Notes under the pieces: generated by a model
What the model was told of the DNA's origin: nothing
Databases searched by the model: none
The model's input: only the letters and a program-made list of their open reading frames with translations
Made by a program: the position numbers and the translations under genes
Assembly: GCA_029953675.1 (NCBI GenBank)
Contig: JAMWBK010000001.1
Coordinates: 2,046,001 to 2,110,000, forward strand
Source: Rhodosorus marinus CCMP1338
Lineage: Eukaryota > Plantae > Rhodophyta
Length of the DNA: 64,000 nucleotides
Direction: 5' to 3'
Shown here: in pieces, positions 38,716 through 49,222 of the stretch
Layout of the letters: each line of letters begins with the position of its first letter
Numbering within the stretch: position 1 is the first letter of the stretch

Positions 38716-40012
38716 TTAATCCGGAAGGACGCCCCTCAGATCGTAAATATAGTTCCTCTTGAGCTTCTCCATGCTGGCCTTGTAACGCTCGTTGAGGGTG
38801 GAGCTCTGTTCATTTGCCGCCAAGCTCTTCTGGTGCCTGGCAACAACACTCTTAAGTTTTCTCTGCCATTGTCGATACTTTCTGCATGGCCACCTCGAAA
38901 TTCCGACTTTTCGGATGAGCTTCTTCGTTATCGTTAATCCGACTCCGATCTCCGAGGCGAGCACCTCTCTCGTGAGCCCAAAGAGTGGACTGAGGTCGTT
39001 CACAGTGACGTTTGCGTTGGAATACTTGGATGTGCGTTTGACCTTGCTTGAGAGCGATTTTAGTCTAGTCTGCACCAGATTCTCGTGTTCACTCTCGTTC
39101 ATAACGGATAGGACCAGCTGCGAGAAGCTCTCGAGCGCGTTGAGAGGAACTTGCTTTCGGAGATAATGGTCGCACAAGTCGGTGGGCTCAACGTTACAAA
39201 GCGTTAATTCATCCTAGCAGACGCAAAAGTATCAAATGAGCCGAACTCTGCTTGAGTTTACGATCGAAACCCTCTCATTAGTTGAGCGAACAGTTGTTTG
39301 CTCGACAAACCTCCGCGGTTGGCTCAGGAGGTTGGCAGTCAAGAAACGACGGAAACCCTTGTTCAATGTTCTTTGGAGTCTCCTCAATCTCTTCGTTCTC
39401 TTCAGTCCCATTATAATCCATAAGCGAACACACCAGCTCCTCATTATCTCCCTTAAAGATTGAGGTTTGGCCGGCTCCGCCACCTTCAAGCTCAAGCTCC
39501 AAGAGTTCGAGATGTGAGAGACCGGCATGACATGCTTCAGTCGTTCCCTTAAATAGCGTAGTAGAAATTTCAGACGGCCAAGTTCGGCTAGAAACTGTTA
39601 GAGAGTCAACATCCCCATCACTCTCCCCGTAAATGTCCCAAGCATCCTCCTTCACCTCTGCGTTTAGACCTTGCAACCGTCGACCATCCCCTGCTTCCGG
39701 GTCTGCGTTCCTTATTGCCCTGGACCTCAACCTCCTAGAAATCTTTTGCTCCACCGGAGGAGCCTGAGACCCTTCCTCTGCGCGAACTGCCCTACTCGAA
39801 CCCTCAAGTCCTTGCTCGCTTGAATGGCTTGGACTCTTCTCGCCTGGGTCGATTGTCACTTCATATTGTCGGCCTCGGACTTGTTTCTCTTGAGTCCGAC
39901 CCTCGGGCTTTGACTCCTTCGGATACTTTCGGTCAGCCTGCGACTGACCATGATGATATTGAAAGGATTGAGGAGAGATTTCCACGTTTCTGGTCTCGAT
40001 ACCGGGGACCAT
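38716..40012 (-). CDS. RWP-RK domain transcription factor (paralog 1); at least 2 exons, 5' end uncertain
   Basis: Exon 40012-39311, a 97-bp GT-AG intron, then exon 39213-38716 are in frame. C-terminal LSPLFGLTREVLASEIGVGLTITKKLIRKVGISRWPCRK followed by a predicted coiled coil. Confidence 0.85.
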
Positions 40013-42721
40013 GCTAACGGGGTTATCCGCGGACCCCCTCCGCTCCACTGGGACCGCAATAGTAAACGCTGATGCTACTCGTAAAAGTGATCTAATCTTG
40101 TCTTGCTTCCAGGAGTGTCTCTAGACCATCATGGGCGTCCTCCTTCGTCAACACCACCCGGCTCCCCCAAACCTGGTTTCCTTCTGTCACCAGCAAAGTC
40201 CACAGGCGGGTCGCTCGTCAGGTGACAGTGGTGAGGAGAACAAGGAGTGTTGGACGCCTCTTAGGAAAACGAATTGTTCTAAACGTAACTTTTTTTTGGT
40301 TCTTTCCTTGTTTTTGCTGTTGCCAGTGGGCGTCGTGGATCTGTGTGTCTTTTGTATACGACGTTTAATCAAGAACGGAGGGGGCAAGGAGGCAGATGAC
40401 CAGATCCCTTGTCCAGCAAAACGAACGGCGAACAGATTACTCTCTTGTTCCATACTGACTCACCTCCATCCTTAGAAAACACACAACACCAAAAACAGTG
40501 ATGAAGTCTTTTTCACTGGACCAGCTCTTCCTTGACCCTGTCTCTCCCCCGTAGCCTTTAGTTGTCCTTAACCCCCCACAGTGCTCCTCCCCTCTTGAAC
40601 CCCTTCCTCTCACACACAACAGATCATTAATTGAAAACCCTTCATCTACTCTTTCGCAGATTCTTCGCTATCCTCTTTATCTCCTACCTCAGACATACTT
40701 CAGTACCCCAACCCCAAAAGCTATCACCAAACCCCCCCGAGCTATAAACCCTCCTCCGCTCTCAAAGCTCCTTTAAAACTCTCCCCCTCCCTCTGCGAAA
40801 TGTTTTCCTCCTTCTAACCCCCCGACAAATTGCAATACTCCGAATAATCGTATGTAAAATATTTACATTACATTAATGGCTGGCACTAGGTTTCTCTTTC
40901 TCCCCCCCCGGCAATAAAAAGGGATTATTTACGCGTTTGCTTTTCATAAAAAAATGGTCACCTGTCATGATGTAATACTCCCCCGCCCTAGAAAGAAAAG
41001 GACCCCAAAACATTAAAAAAATGCCTCTGTGTGATGGTTTCTTTTTTAAGTAAAAATAACAAGTAGAATGTTTATAAATTATTCGATGAGAAAGGAGAAG
41101 TGTCGATTTTGTTTCGGAAAAACTGTTCCAGGATTTTCAGCGCTAAAATCAGACTTTTGTTTCAAAAAAAAGGATGTTTTGTTTTAATGTTTTACTCATG
41201 GGCTGTGGGGGGGGGGGAGAGAAGACGCAGCGGGGAATAAATAGATGAAAAACAAGAATGTGGTTACGAAGGTGGATTTTCTAAAATCTCATTCGTTGAT
41301 TTAACCTTTCCCGCGATCGATACAAATCCCATAAAAATATAAAATGAAACTATTTTGGTTTTGCTCTTTTTATTCATTGGTTGATTGTGATGATGCGGGA
41401 TAAATTCTCCACTTTTTTTCTTCCCCAGTCCAAAAAAAAAGAAAAAGGGCGCATCTGCCGAGTCTTTTTGCCTTTTTTTTCTTTTTTTTTATCCCAAAAA
41501 AAGGAGAAACGAAATTCCCGACTTCCCCCTCCCCGCACACTAAAACCCACCCCTTTCGGATGATTGAGTATTTATGAAAATAAGAAGTTTCTTCTCCTCT
41601 CGCAGGTTGGATATTAGTCGTCGGATTAGACTTCTAGTATTCTTACGTGTTTTTTAATCAGGAGTTCCACGCTTGGGAAAGTGTGGAAGGTACTTTACTT
41701 CCGAGTTTTCCTTCATGAAAAGTGACACGGGTAAACTTGAATCACCCCCCTTACGAACATAACCACAATATTCTAAAAGCTAAAGTTTACTTCTTAAAAT
41801 GCTGATAATATAGTTTAGTTGAAAGCGTTGAATCCCCCCCAGTTGCACATATTCACAGAGCTCAACATATTTAGAAGAAAAAAAAAGAAGTTCAGCTTCA
41901 ACAAAGATTAATATTTCAATAAGTATATTTGGGAGTCTCTTATCCTTTAAGTCGAGTCAAGAAGAGCGGAAAAGAGGGGAAGCGACGTAAATGCATGTGA
42001 TACAAACAGTGGGATTGCACTCTAAAAGGCTTTGGACTGCATCTCCTTTTCCCATGTAGAGTACGCTACTCTAGGGATATTATGTCGCACACTTTCGGCC
42101 TAAAGGTGCCCCGACATGTCCCCTCAAGAAACGTTTGTAGACGGTGGAAAGACAAGTCGAAGTTACGAGTTACTCTCCCTCTCCCTCTCCATGTTTCCCA
42201 TCAGACCGGCCCAACCCTTCACCCTCCTCTCATTTTCCCCCTTTCCGCTGTGCCCTTTTTTTCTGCAATAATGACTAGAAAGTAAAAGTTTCTTCAAAAA
42301 CATTCACATATGGTTAATAGTTTATAAAGAAATCAGAAGAGCATAAAAATTATTGCATGGGCTAATTCAGATATTATCGAATTGTATTAATAAAATCTTA
42401 TATTGATTGGGATTTACCAGGGGCCATGACTATTGATTAAAAAAGTAGTAAAATAAATATTTAGGAAAACCGATACAACGCATGGATTGGTTATTGTTTC
42501 AGCTTTGTATTTAATAAGAAAATTCACAGTTACCGTGAAGTTTTGGGGGGTTTGAAAAAAGCGCGAATATTCAGGTTTCCCCAAGAGATTATCTGAACCG
42601 TTCTAAAAAAAAAGATATTTGTGTTTTTTGATCGCGTTCCTCGGGTTCTCCAGTGTTTCCTTTCAGGTGGGCAGAAAGATGACTCACAGCTCCTCTGGCT
42701 GAACGTTCGGACAGAGAGCAA

Positions 42722-42752
42722 ACAGAGAGAGAGCGAGGGTGAGAGAGAGAGA
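42722..42752. repeat. (GA)n-rich microsatellite
   Basis: cagagagagagcgagggtgagagagagagagtgtgtg. Confidence 0.7.
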
Positions 42753-43401
42753 GTGTGTGCTTGTCAGGTACTGGTTTTGAAGTAATTTTAGAGGTTTGGT
42801 AAGATTTGTGAGAGGTGTCTGCTTGAAGTCGTTGAGAAGCGGGTTGTTTGAGGCTTGGAGCGAGAGCGTGAAAGTCGATTGCGGGGGTTGGGGTGATGAT
42901 TGTGCGAGTGGGTCGGCGAAGGTGAGGAGGTAAACCTAGCCGTGGGAGCTTGGTTGGTGGACAAGATCGAGCACTCGAGCTCGAAAGTATTTCCAGGTTT
43001 GTTTATTGAGGAAGATGACCGCTCAAAATATGAAGCGGTCCGCACAGAGTCTTGTGTTGAACGGTTTGGAGGACAGGGAGAGTCGAAAAACGTTGAACGG
43101 CCACGAAGCACTCCGACAGTCTAAAGGTTCTGGACGGGTCTCTCCTATGGAATTTTCGGGTTGGACGTTTAGACTCGGAACGGTCTCCCTGTTTATCAAC
43201 AGTTAGCAGGGCGGGAGACTTTCTGGAGTGTTGGAGTTTGTTTCAAAACTGTTTCCTTTGAAAGTCTATATCTCAAATGATTTTTTTTATTTCCGTGCTT
43301 TTATTCATAAGATAGGGAGAATTTGGGAGAAGAGTAAATAAGATAACTTGGACATAGACAAACAGTGCGCGGCAAAGATGAGAAAGCTTTCCCTTCGGCC
43401 T

Positions 43402-44835
43402 TTACACGCCGTCAAGGTCGCTAACAATTTGGAAGGCTTCATTCTTGAGCTTGAGCAGCTTGATATTGTACTTTGAGGCGTGGCTCTGGAAGCTTCGTTT
43501 TCTCGTCTTGTCCGTGCGCTTCCCTATTTTCTCCTGGAACTGTCTCGTCAAGTGTGTGACCTTCCTGTACGTTTGGCGGTATTTTCTGCTCGGCCATCGG
43601 GCGATGCCAGCTTGCCTTATGATCCTCTTGAACTGATTCAAGCACAGTCCAGTACGTCGGCTTACTTCACTCCTGGTAAGCATGAACAGAGGACTCAGCT
43701 CTTCGAATTGGATTCTGGGAGTTTCCGGCTTGTAGAACCGCCGGAGTTTGTCGCTCAAAGCCAGCAAGGTCCTTTCGATGAGCATCTTGTGGCGTTCTGT
43801 GTCCAAGGATGATGCAACAATCTCGTTGAACAGGTACTCGAAAGCCCAGCTCTTGTTCAGCGGCTGATATTGGACTTGTTGTACGAGGGGAGCATCTTGC
43901 TCAGGTTTAAGCGGCTCACATACAACACTCTCCTGATAAGCACCTGCCTCATGTTCGGAAAACACCTGCTCACTAGGCGATATATGCGCTGCGCAGCTGT
44001 CCCAATTGGTTGCAGCTACTGTGTCAGAACTGTCCTCCTCTGATGAACTCGTCGTTAGGCCATCCAGAATACTAGAACCAGACTTGAGAGCCTCATCGAA
44101 CGGAAGGCTGAAGTCCTCGACAATGGCTCCCTCAGGCCATTCAAGCCTCTCAAGAAAATTGGACTCCTCCTTCGAGGAAAGTCTGGTATTTGCAGCGCTT
44201 GACACTTCGCTGAAGCATTCTGGCGTCTGGTTGCAGACGTCGAAACTTTTGAACGGAACTTTGAAAGATGAAGCTCCCTCAGGTCCCTCGTAACAAAGGG
44301 CAAACTCTCCCCATTGGTAGTTGAAGCTCCCAAGAAATGATCGTTCGTTGACCAAGGTGCAGGCAATAGCCGTTGACGCAAGAGGCTCGCCAAGTTCGTC
44401 GACGTACACTTTCACTCGAAATCTCAAGTCCTGCCTTTGTAAACCGTCGACGAGAGGTCTCATCCAGAGCCGAAAGGATACACCAGCGTCTTCCCTCCGA
44501 AAAGCGAGTCTGAAGTGAGCCGGGTCACCTTTGGCCTCAGATGTCTCTTTGTCCTCCAACTCGTACTGATAGACAGCCTCTCCCGTTCCGTGGGTGAGGT
44601 TATCCAATGCCTCTACTTCGAGAAAGAAAACCTCTTCGTGATTCGGGATTCGCCAAGCGGAACTCATTTTCGGGTCGGCAACGAACTGCTCGATGTCTGA
44701 TGGGCCAGCATCAACTGTAGCGGATATCATGGGCGAAAACAGGTCATCCGAAATATCGCTGAGCTCCGCAGACAGTATGTCAACGTCATCGAAATCCATG
44801 CTGGGCAATGGTTCAAAGTCTCCAGAACACTCCAT
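43402..44835 (-). CDS. RWP-RK domain transcription factor (paralog 2), single exon, 477 aa
   Basis: Intact ORF. FEELSPLFMLTRSEVSRRTGLCLNQFKRIIRQAGIARWPSRK near the C-terminus; acidic N-terminus; beta-rich-looking central domain. Confidence 0.93.
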   Translation of the reverse strand: MECSGDFEPLPSMDFDDVDILSAELSDISDDLFSPMISATVDAGPSDIEQFVADPKMSSAWRIPNHEEVFFLEVEALDNLTHGTGEAVYQYELEDKETSEAKGDPAHFRLAFRREDAGVSFRLWMRPLVDGLQRQDLRFRVKVYVDELGEPLASTAIACTLVNERSFLGSFNYQWGEFALCYEGPEGASSFKVPFKSFDVCNQTPECFSEVSSAANTRLSSKEESNFLERLEWPEGAIVEDFSLPFDEALKSGSSILDGLTTSSSEEDSSDTVAATNWDSCAAHISPSEQVFSEHEAGAYQESVVCEPLKPEQDAPLVQQVQYQPLNKSWAFEYLFNEIVASSLDTERHKMLIERTLLALSDKLRRFYKPETPRIQFEELSPLFMLTRSEVSRRTGLCLNQFKRIIRQAGIARWPSRKYRQTYRKVTHLTRQFQEKIGKRTDKTRKRSFQSHASKYNIKLLKLKNEAFQIVSDLDGV

Positions 44836-47800
44836 CTGGCTGTCTCCCTCTCTGGTGAAGCCCCTTCGGCCTAGAACGCTTCAAATAAAATTGTCAGTAA
44901 AGCTGTCCCTCAACAAACCAGCCAACTCGCTTAACGCCTCTCTTCCTCTCCCTCCGAACAGTCTTGCCAGTTCCAAGACACGACCCTTTCAATATAAAAC
45001 AATTCCAGACACGCTGCCTTCATATAACAAATCTCTCTTCTCTAGCCAAATCCTCCCCAATTATCCTTTCATTCATCGTCCACAACAAGCAAACCATTCC
45101 TCCCCCCTTCCTAAGCAACAAACCCAATCCACACCCAAAACCCCCAAAACTTATAAAAAAATCATTCACGTTCCCCTTTTTCTGCTTCGAGGATTTGCAG
45201 CACATAGAGAAAAAGAAGGAAAAAGGGGGAAATATCCACAATGCACAATCCCCTCATCCTTCCTCCTCCCCCCCCTTCCCCTCTTCTCCCTTGCACACCC
45301 ACTTCGTAAAAATCCTGCCCAACCCCATCGCCTTTTCAACCACAAAGCACCGAAAACCTAACCCCTCTTAATCCGCAAAGAAATGTTACTTGTATACATA
45401 ATGCTATCGAGTTGGATAACACCCCCCCCCCATCATGAACTTAAACGTTTGATAGTGTGTTTGTAATATGCGGAACCCCTTTGGTTTGGCTTTCAACAGA
45501 ATAGAAGGTCTGGAGATGTGAGCGAGAGAGAAGAGGAAGAGGGGGGGTACGTAAAAGGGGGTTTGGAGATGTGTTAGATTTTAGAGTCTTGTGCTGAATG
45601 CACGACTGTGGTGGCTCGTCAAAAAGATCTTATTTCCTCTTTTAGCATTGGATGGTTAGGAATAATGGAAAAATGTGGATTTCGGGGTTTTTGGCTTTTT
45701 CCGGGAGGAGAAAGAGAGATATAGAGAGAGGGAGGTAGAGAAACTAAACTTCACAATTATACAATTAGGACTTGGTACAATGTAAAGAGAGCGAGAGAGA
45801 GAGGAGAGACTATGTGTGTATGTTCTTCGATCTGGTCTTCATTTGTAATTGAAATACGATAACAATCGTACTTGGGGCAGGTGGTGGGGGTTGGGTATTA
45901 GTGACGGTACAAATAAAAAAAGCCTGGGAGCGTTTTGGTTTGTAGTTTTGCTTCGGTGCAGGGTTCTCTCAACCCCTTTCAGAATTCGGTAATGCGTTCT
46001 GGAGGACGCTGGCGTCTTTTCTCGTTTCCTTTGGACTTTTAAAAACCCCAGGAGAAGTTGTGACTTCTTTTTTTGGAACCGCACTGCGAGTAACACCCCC
46101 TCACCCCCCTCCGCCCTTCTTTGGTCTGTTCGCTACTAGAGAAGGGAATATGGGCCTTCCCGATTCTGCAAATTGAACGAAACGTGCGAGCCAGTAGTGT
46201 CATGATCTATGAAGACAAAAGTGCAGTCTTTTAATACACGAAAAACAATGCCTGTAGCACGGCTTGCTTCTGATCGCTTACAAGCGACCGGTCGACCCCT
46301 TCGTTAAGGCTACTTGCATGCCTGTGAACATATTCCCAATCAGAATCACCTGCCGCTACCAATGCCTTAACTATCGCTAGCTTGTGTAGATACTCGAATT
46401 TCCACGCATATACGATCCTACACCCACTGTGGCTGCGACGTCACCGATATCAAACGCGCACTTGCTTTGAGATCCTGAGAGAGAAAATTCCAAATTTGGA
46501 AATCTTGTAGGGGAATCATCCTGGACAAAGTGCTAGCACAGCAACGTTGCACGACGGATGCATACGATTTACCGTCAGGAAGCACCGCCACACTGAGAGC
46601 ACCCTCTTCCGAACGGTCAAGAACAGCGCGCCCAAGCTTCCATTGTGGCTTATGGCTTGGATGGCCGCATGCTTGGGAATGGTTTTCGAGAATCACCCCA
46701 GCAGATCTTCGTCCTCCTTCGCGGGTGATTACGATGCACAAAAAGACCCATTGAGTCACTTCTCAAGAGCTCCACACCGGCTGGCTCACCCAGGCCTCAA
46801 TCAATCTTAACACCCTAACACCCTATTCCTCCATTCAAAACAATGTCAAACCATCGCAAACCACCCAGTGCAAAGGATCTATTTCAACCGCTTCCTCCAT
46901 TCCGCCGGTTAATGAACCGCCACCCCCTATTCCCCCCCCCCCCTCTAACACACACACACAACTTCACCCCAAGCCTCAACAATTCAATACCCATATTTCA
47001 GCAGAAAACTACCTTTTGGGATTGCCTTCTCTTTTACCAGATGTCTCCAACGCCACATGAAAACAAAGAAAAAGGGGTGCAAAACTGACACAACCGGCGA
47101 AAAATGATTTCTTTTAAAAAACTTCTAAACGATCGATTTTTTTGGTTTTTTGGGTTGAGAAGAGAACAATCCAAGACAAAAAAAAACAACCAGAATCCAA
47201 GACCGCGTTTTTTCTTGCTTTCAACCTCGATCCGAAGATTATATTTGAATAATAGAATAAATTGACAATAACTTTATCTTCCAAAACAAACTGTCCTCCC
47301 ACCTAAGTTGCTATTTCATTCCAAAAATTGGGATATCGTCGATTCGAGCTGTTTTTCCTAGTTTTTTCTATATCTTGAATGTTGTTTCTTTTTTCCAAGG
47401 ATAGCCAACAGTCGAAAAAAAATTTCAACAATGGACGGCTCCTGATGTTCGTTAACAAAAATGATTTTGATACGATTTTTCCCAACTTAAGTTGAAAATT
47501 GGAAATAATGAAACATATCTTGATAGGAGATAATCCATTTTGTTATATTTTCATCAACATATTGCTAAAACTTAACCACCGAAATTTCAGCATGACTTGG
47601 TTTTAGGAGACGTGTACTTCGTAGCTACAACTACAGCGAAAGAACCTCATCCCCCCAAGAAATATCTCAATGTTTGGCAAAATTATTTCTCAGAGCTTTC
47701 GCCTCATCCAAAAAAATTAAGAATAATAAAATCGGAAAAATCCACTTAATCAAAGATATTTTGCCCGTTCTCCAAATTTTCCCCCCCCCCTTACCCTCAC

Positions 47801-48093
47801 CCCCCTCCCCCCTTTCGCGTTCTGCTCTATCCCCATGCCAAACCCGAGCACCAAAATATTTTCTGCTAAATAAGATGATAATGCTACCAATCCAAATTCG
47901 ATAAAACTTGCTTTTAACTAGCAAGAAAAGCCCACTTTTTTTTACATGTGTAAAATCATAAGTAAACTTAAATAACCGTTCGGAAGGTCCACTGAAAAGC
48001 ATTTTTATTCATATAAGCGAAATAGTTTCGAGGTTCTGCTCTTCCTAGTTCCAAACAAAAGTTACCCCCGGTGTTTGTTTGCAGTGCGTAATT

Positions 48094-48214
48094 CCTATTC
48101 ACGCCTTGCGTAGCGCTTCAGGCCATGCTAGTAGAAGTCTAGCATGGCCTGAAGCGCTACGCAAGGCGTGAATAGGACGCCACCCCGGACTTTACTATGC
48201 TAGTAAAGTCCGGG
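48094..48214. repeat. Compound palindrome built from retrotransposon 3' ends
   Basis: Perfect 38-bp arms 48094-48131 and 48139-48176 with a 7-nt loop. A second hairpin cccggactttacta-tgc-tagtaaagtccggg (14-bp arms) lies at 48184-48214. Confidence 0.97.
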
Positions 48215-48277
48215 ATCGCCATGCTTTCCGAGGCGCGCCATCGGCGCCTGGGGTTGCATACTTCCCTCCCTAGTTAT

Positions 48278-49222
48278 TGCAGACTACCCTGGTTTGAGCC
48301 GATTGTGGAGCTCCCGCACTGATGTGATTCAACATAGCCTCACCTGGGGCCAACACAGTGCCGCTCACACAGTCATGCTCAATTCTCCTCTCACGCCGCC
48401 TACCATGCCGCTCGTCTCCGCGGCATGGTAGGCCACCTCTCGCACTTGTGGTTAACCACTCTACCGTCGTCATTGAGTCATCGTCTCGATGCTTTCCAGT
48501 TCCGTTCTGCCGCACGGATCTATCTCGGTTTGCCACAGGCTCCGTGGCACTCTAATCGGCCGTCTTTCTGTCAGGGATGTGAGAGCCGGATTGACGCTTG
48601 TGGCTACCACTTCCTGGGTTCCTGCGGACTGTTGCGAGGTCTCCGTACGAGGCGTCACACTCGCCTCAAGTACATCCTCAGCGAATCTTTGACTCGGATA
48701 GGGCATACGGTTGAGGTTGAGTCGGAACTGCCCAGATCCATCTCGGACTCTGCACCGCCCCGTTGTATAGCCGATCTCCTCGTCTCCGACGCTGCTGCCA
48801 GACGCTCAACATATGTGGACCTTGCGATTACCTGCCCCGTGGCCAGCGCCCACCTCACCGCAGCCGCCCGCCGCCGGGGGGCCGCGGCTTCAGCCCTTCG
48901 AAGAGTTAAGGAACGACGGTATGCTGAGAGCATGGCCAGTCTGCCTTGCGCTGAGGGTAGCTCTCACCGGTTCCAGCCATTCATTGTGGAAAGCTTTGGT
49001 CACGTGGATAAGTCGGGTTTAGAGTGGTTGCGGAAATGTTTTGCTGAGCATCCTACTGAATATTTGGCGCTCTTGAGGCGTTTAAGTGTCTCCCTTTGGC
49101 GATATTCCAGCGACATGCTTTCCGAGGCGCGCCATCGGCGCCTGGGGTTGCATGCTTCCCTCCCTAGTTATTAGTTCATCTTCACGCCTTGCGTAGCGCT
49201 TCAGGCTATGCTAGTAAAGTCC
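48278..49222 (+). mobile_element. 5'-truncated CRE-like RLE retrotransposon copy with an open endonuclease-region ORF (48425-49174)
   Basis: The protein is collinear with the 24995-25705 ORF (HLSHLWLTTL..RLDAFQFR..ARIYLGLPQ..CQGC..CIADLLVSDAAARRS.YVDLAITCP..FQPFIVESFG). Ends gcgtagcgcttcaggctatgctagtaaagtcc. Confidence 0.93.

Noticed and set aside
42285-42540. Very AT-rich island, possible organellar insertion
   Set aside because: No recognisable plastid or mitochondrial gene in any frame.
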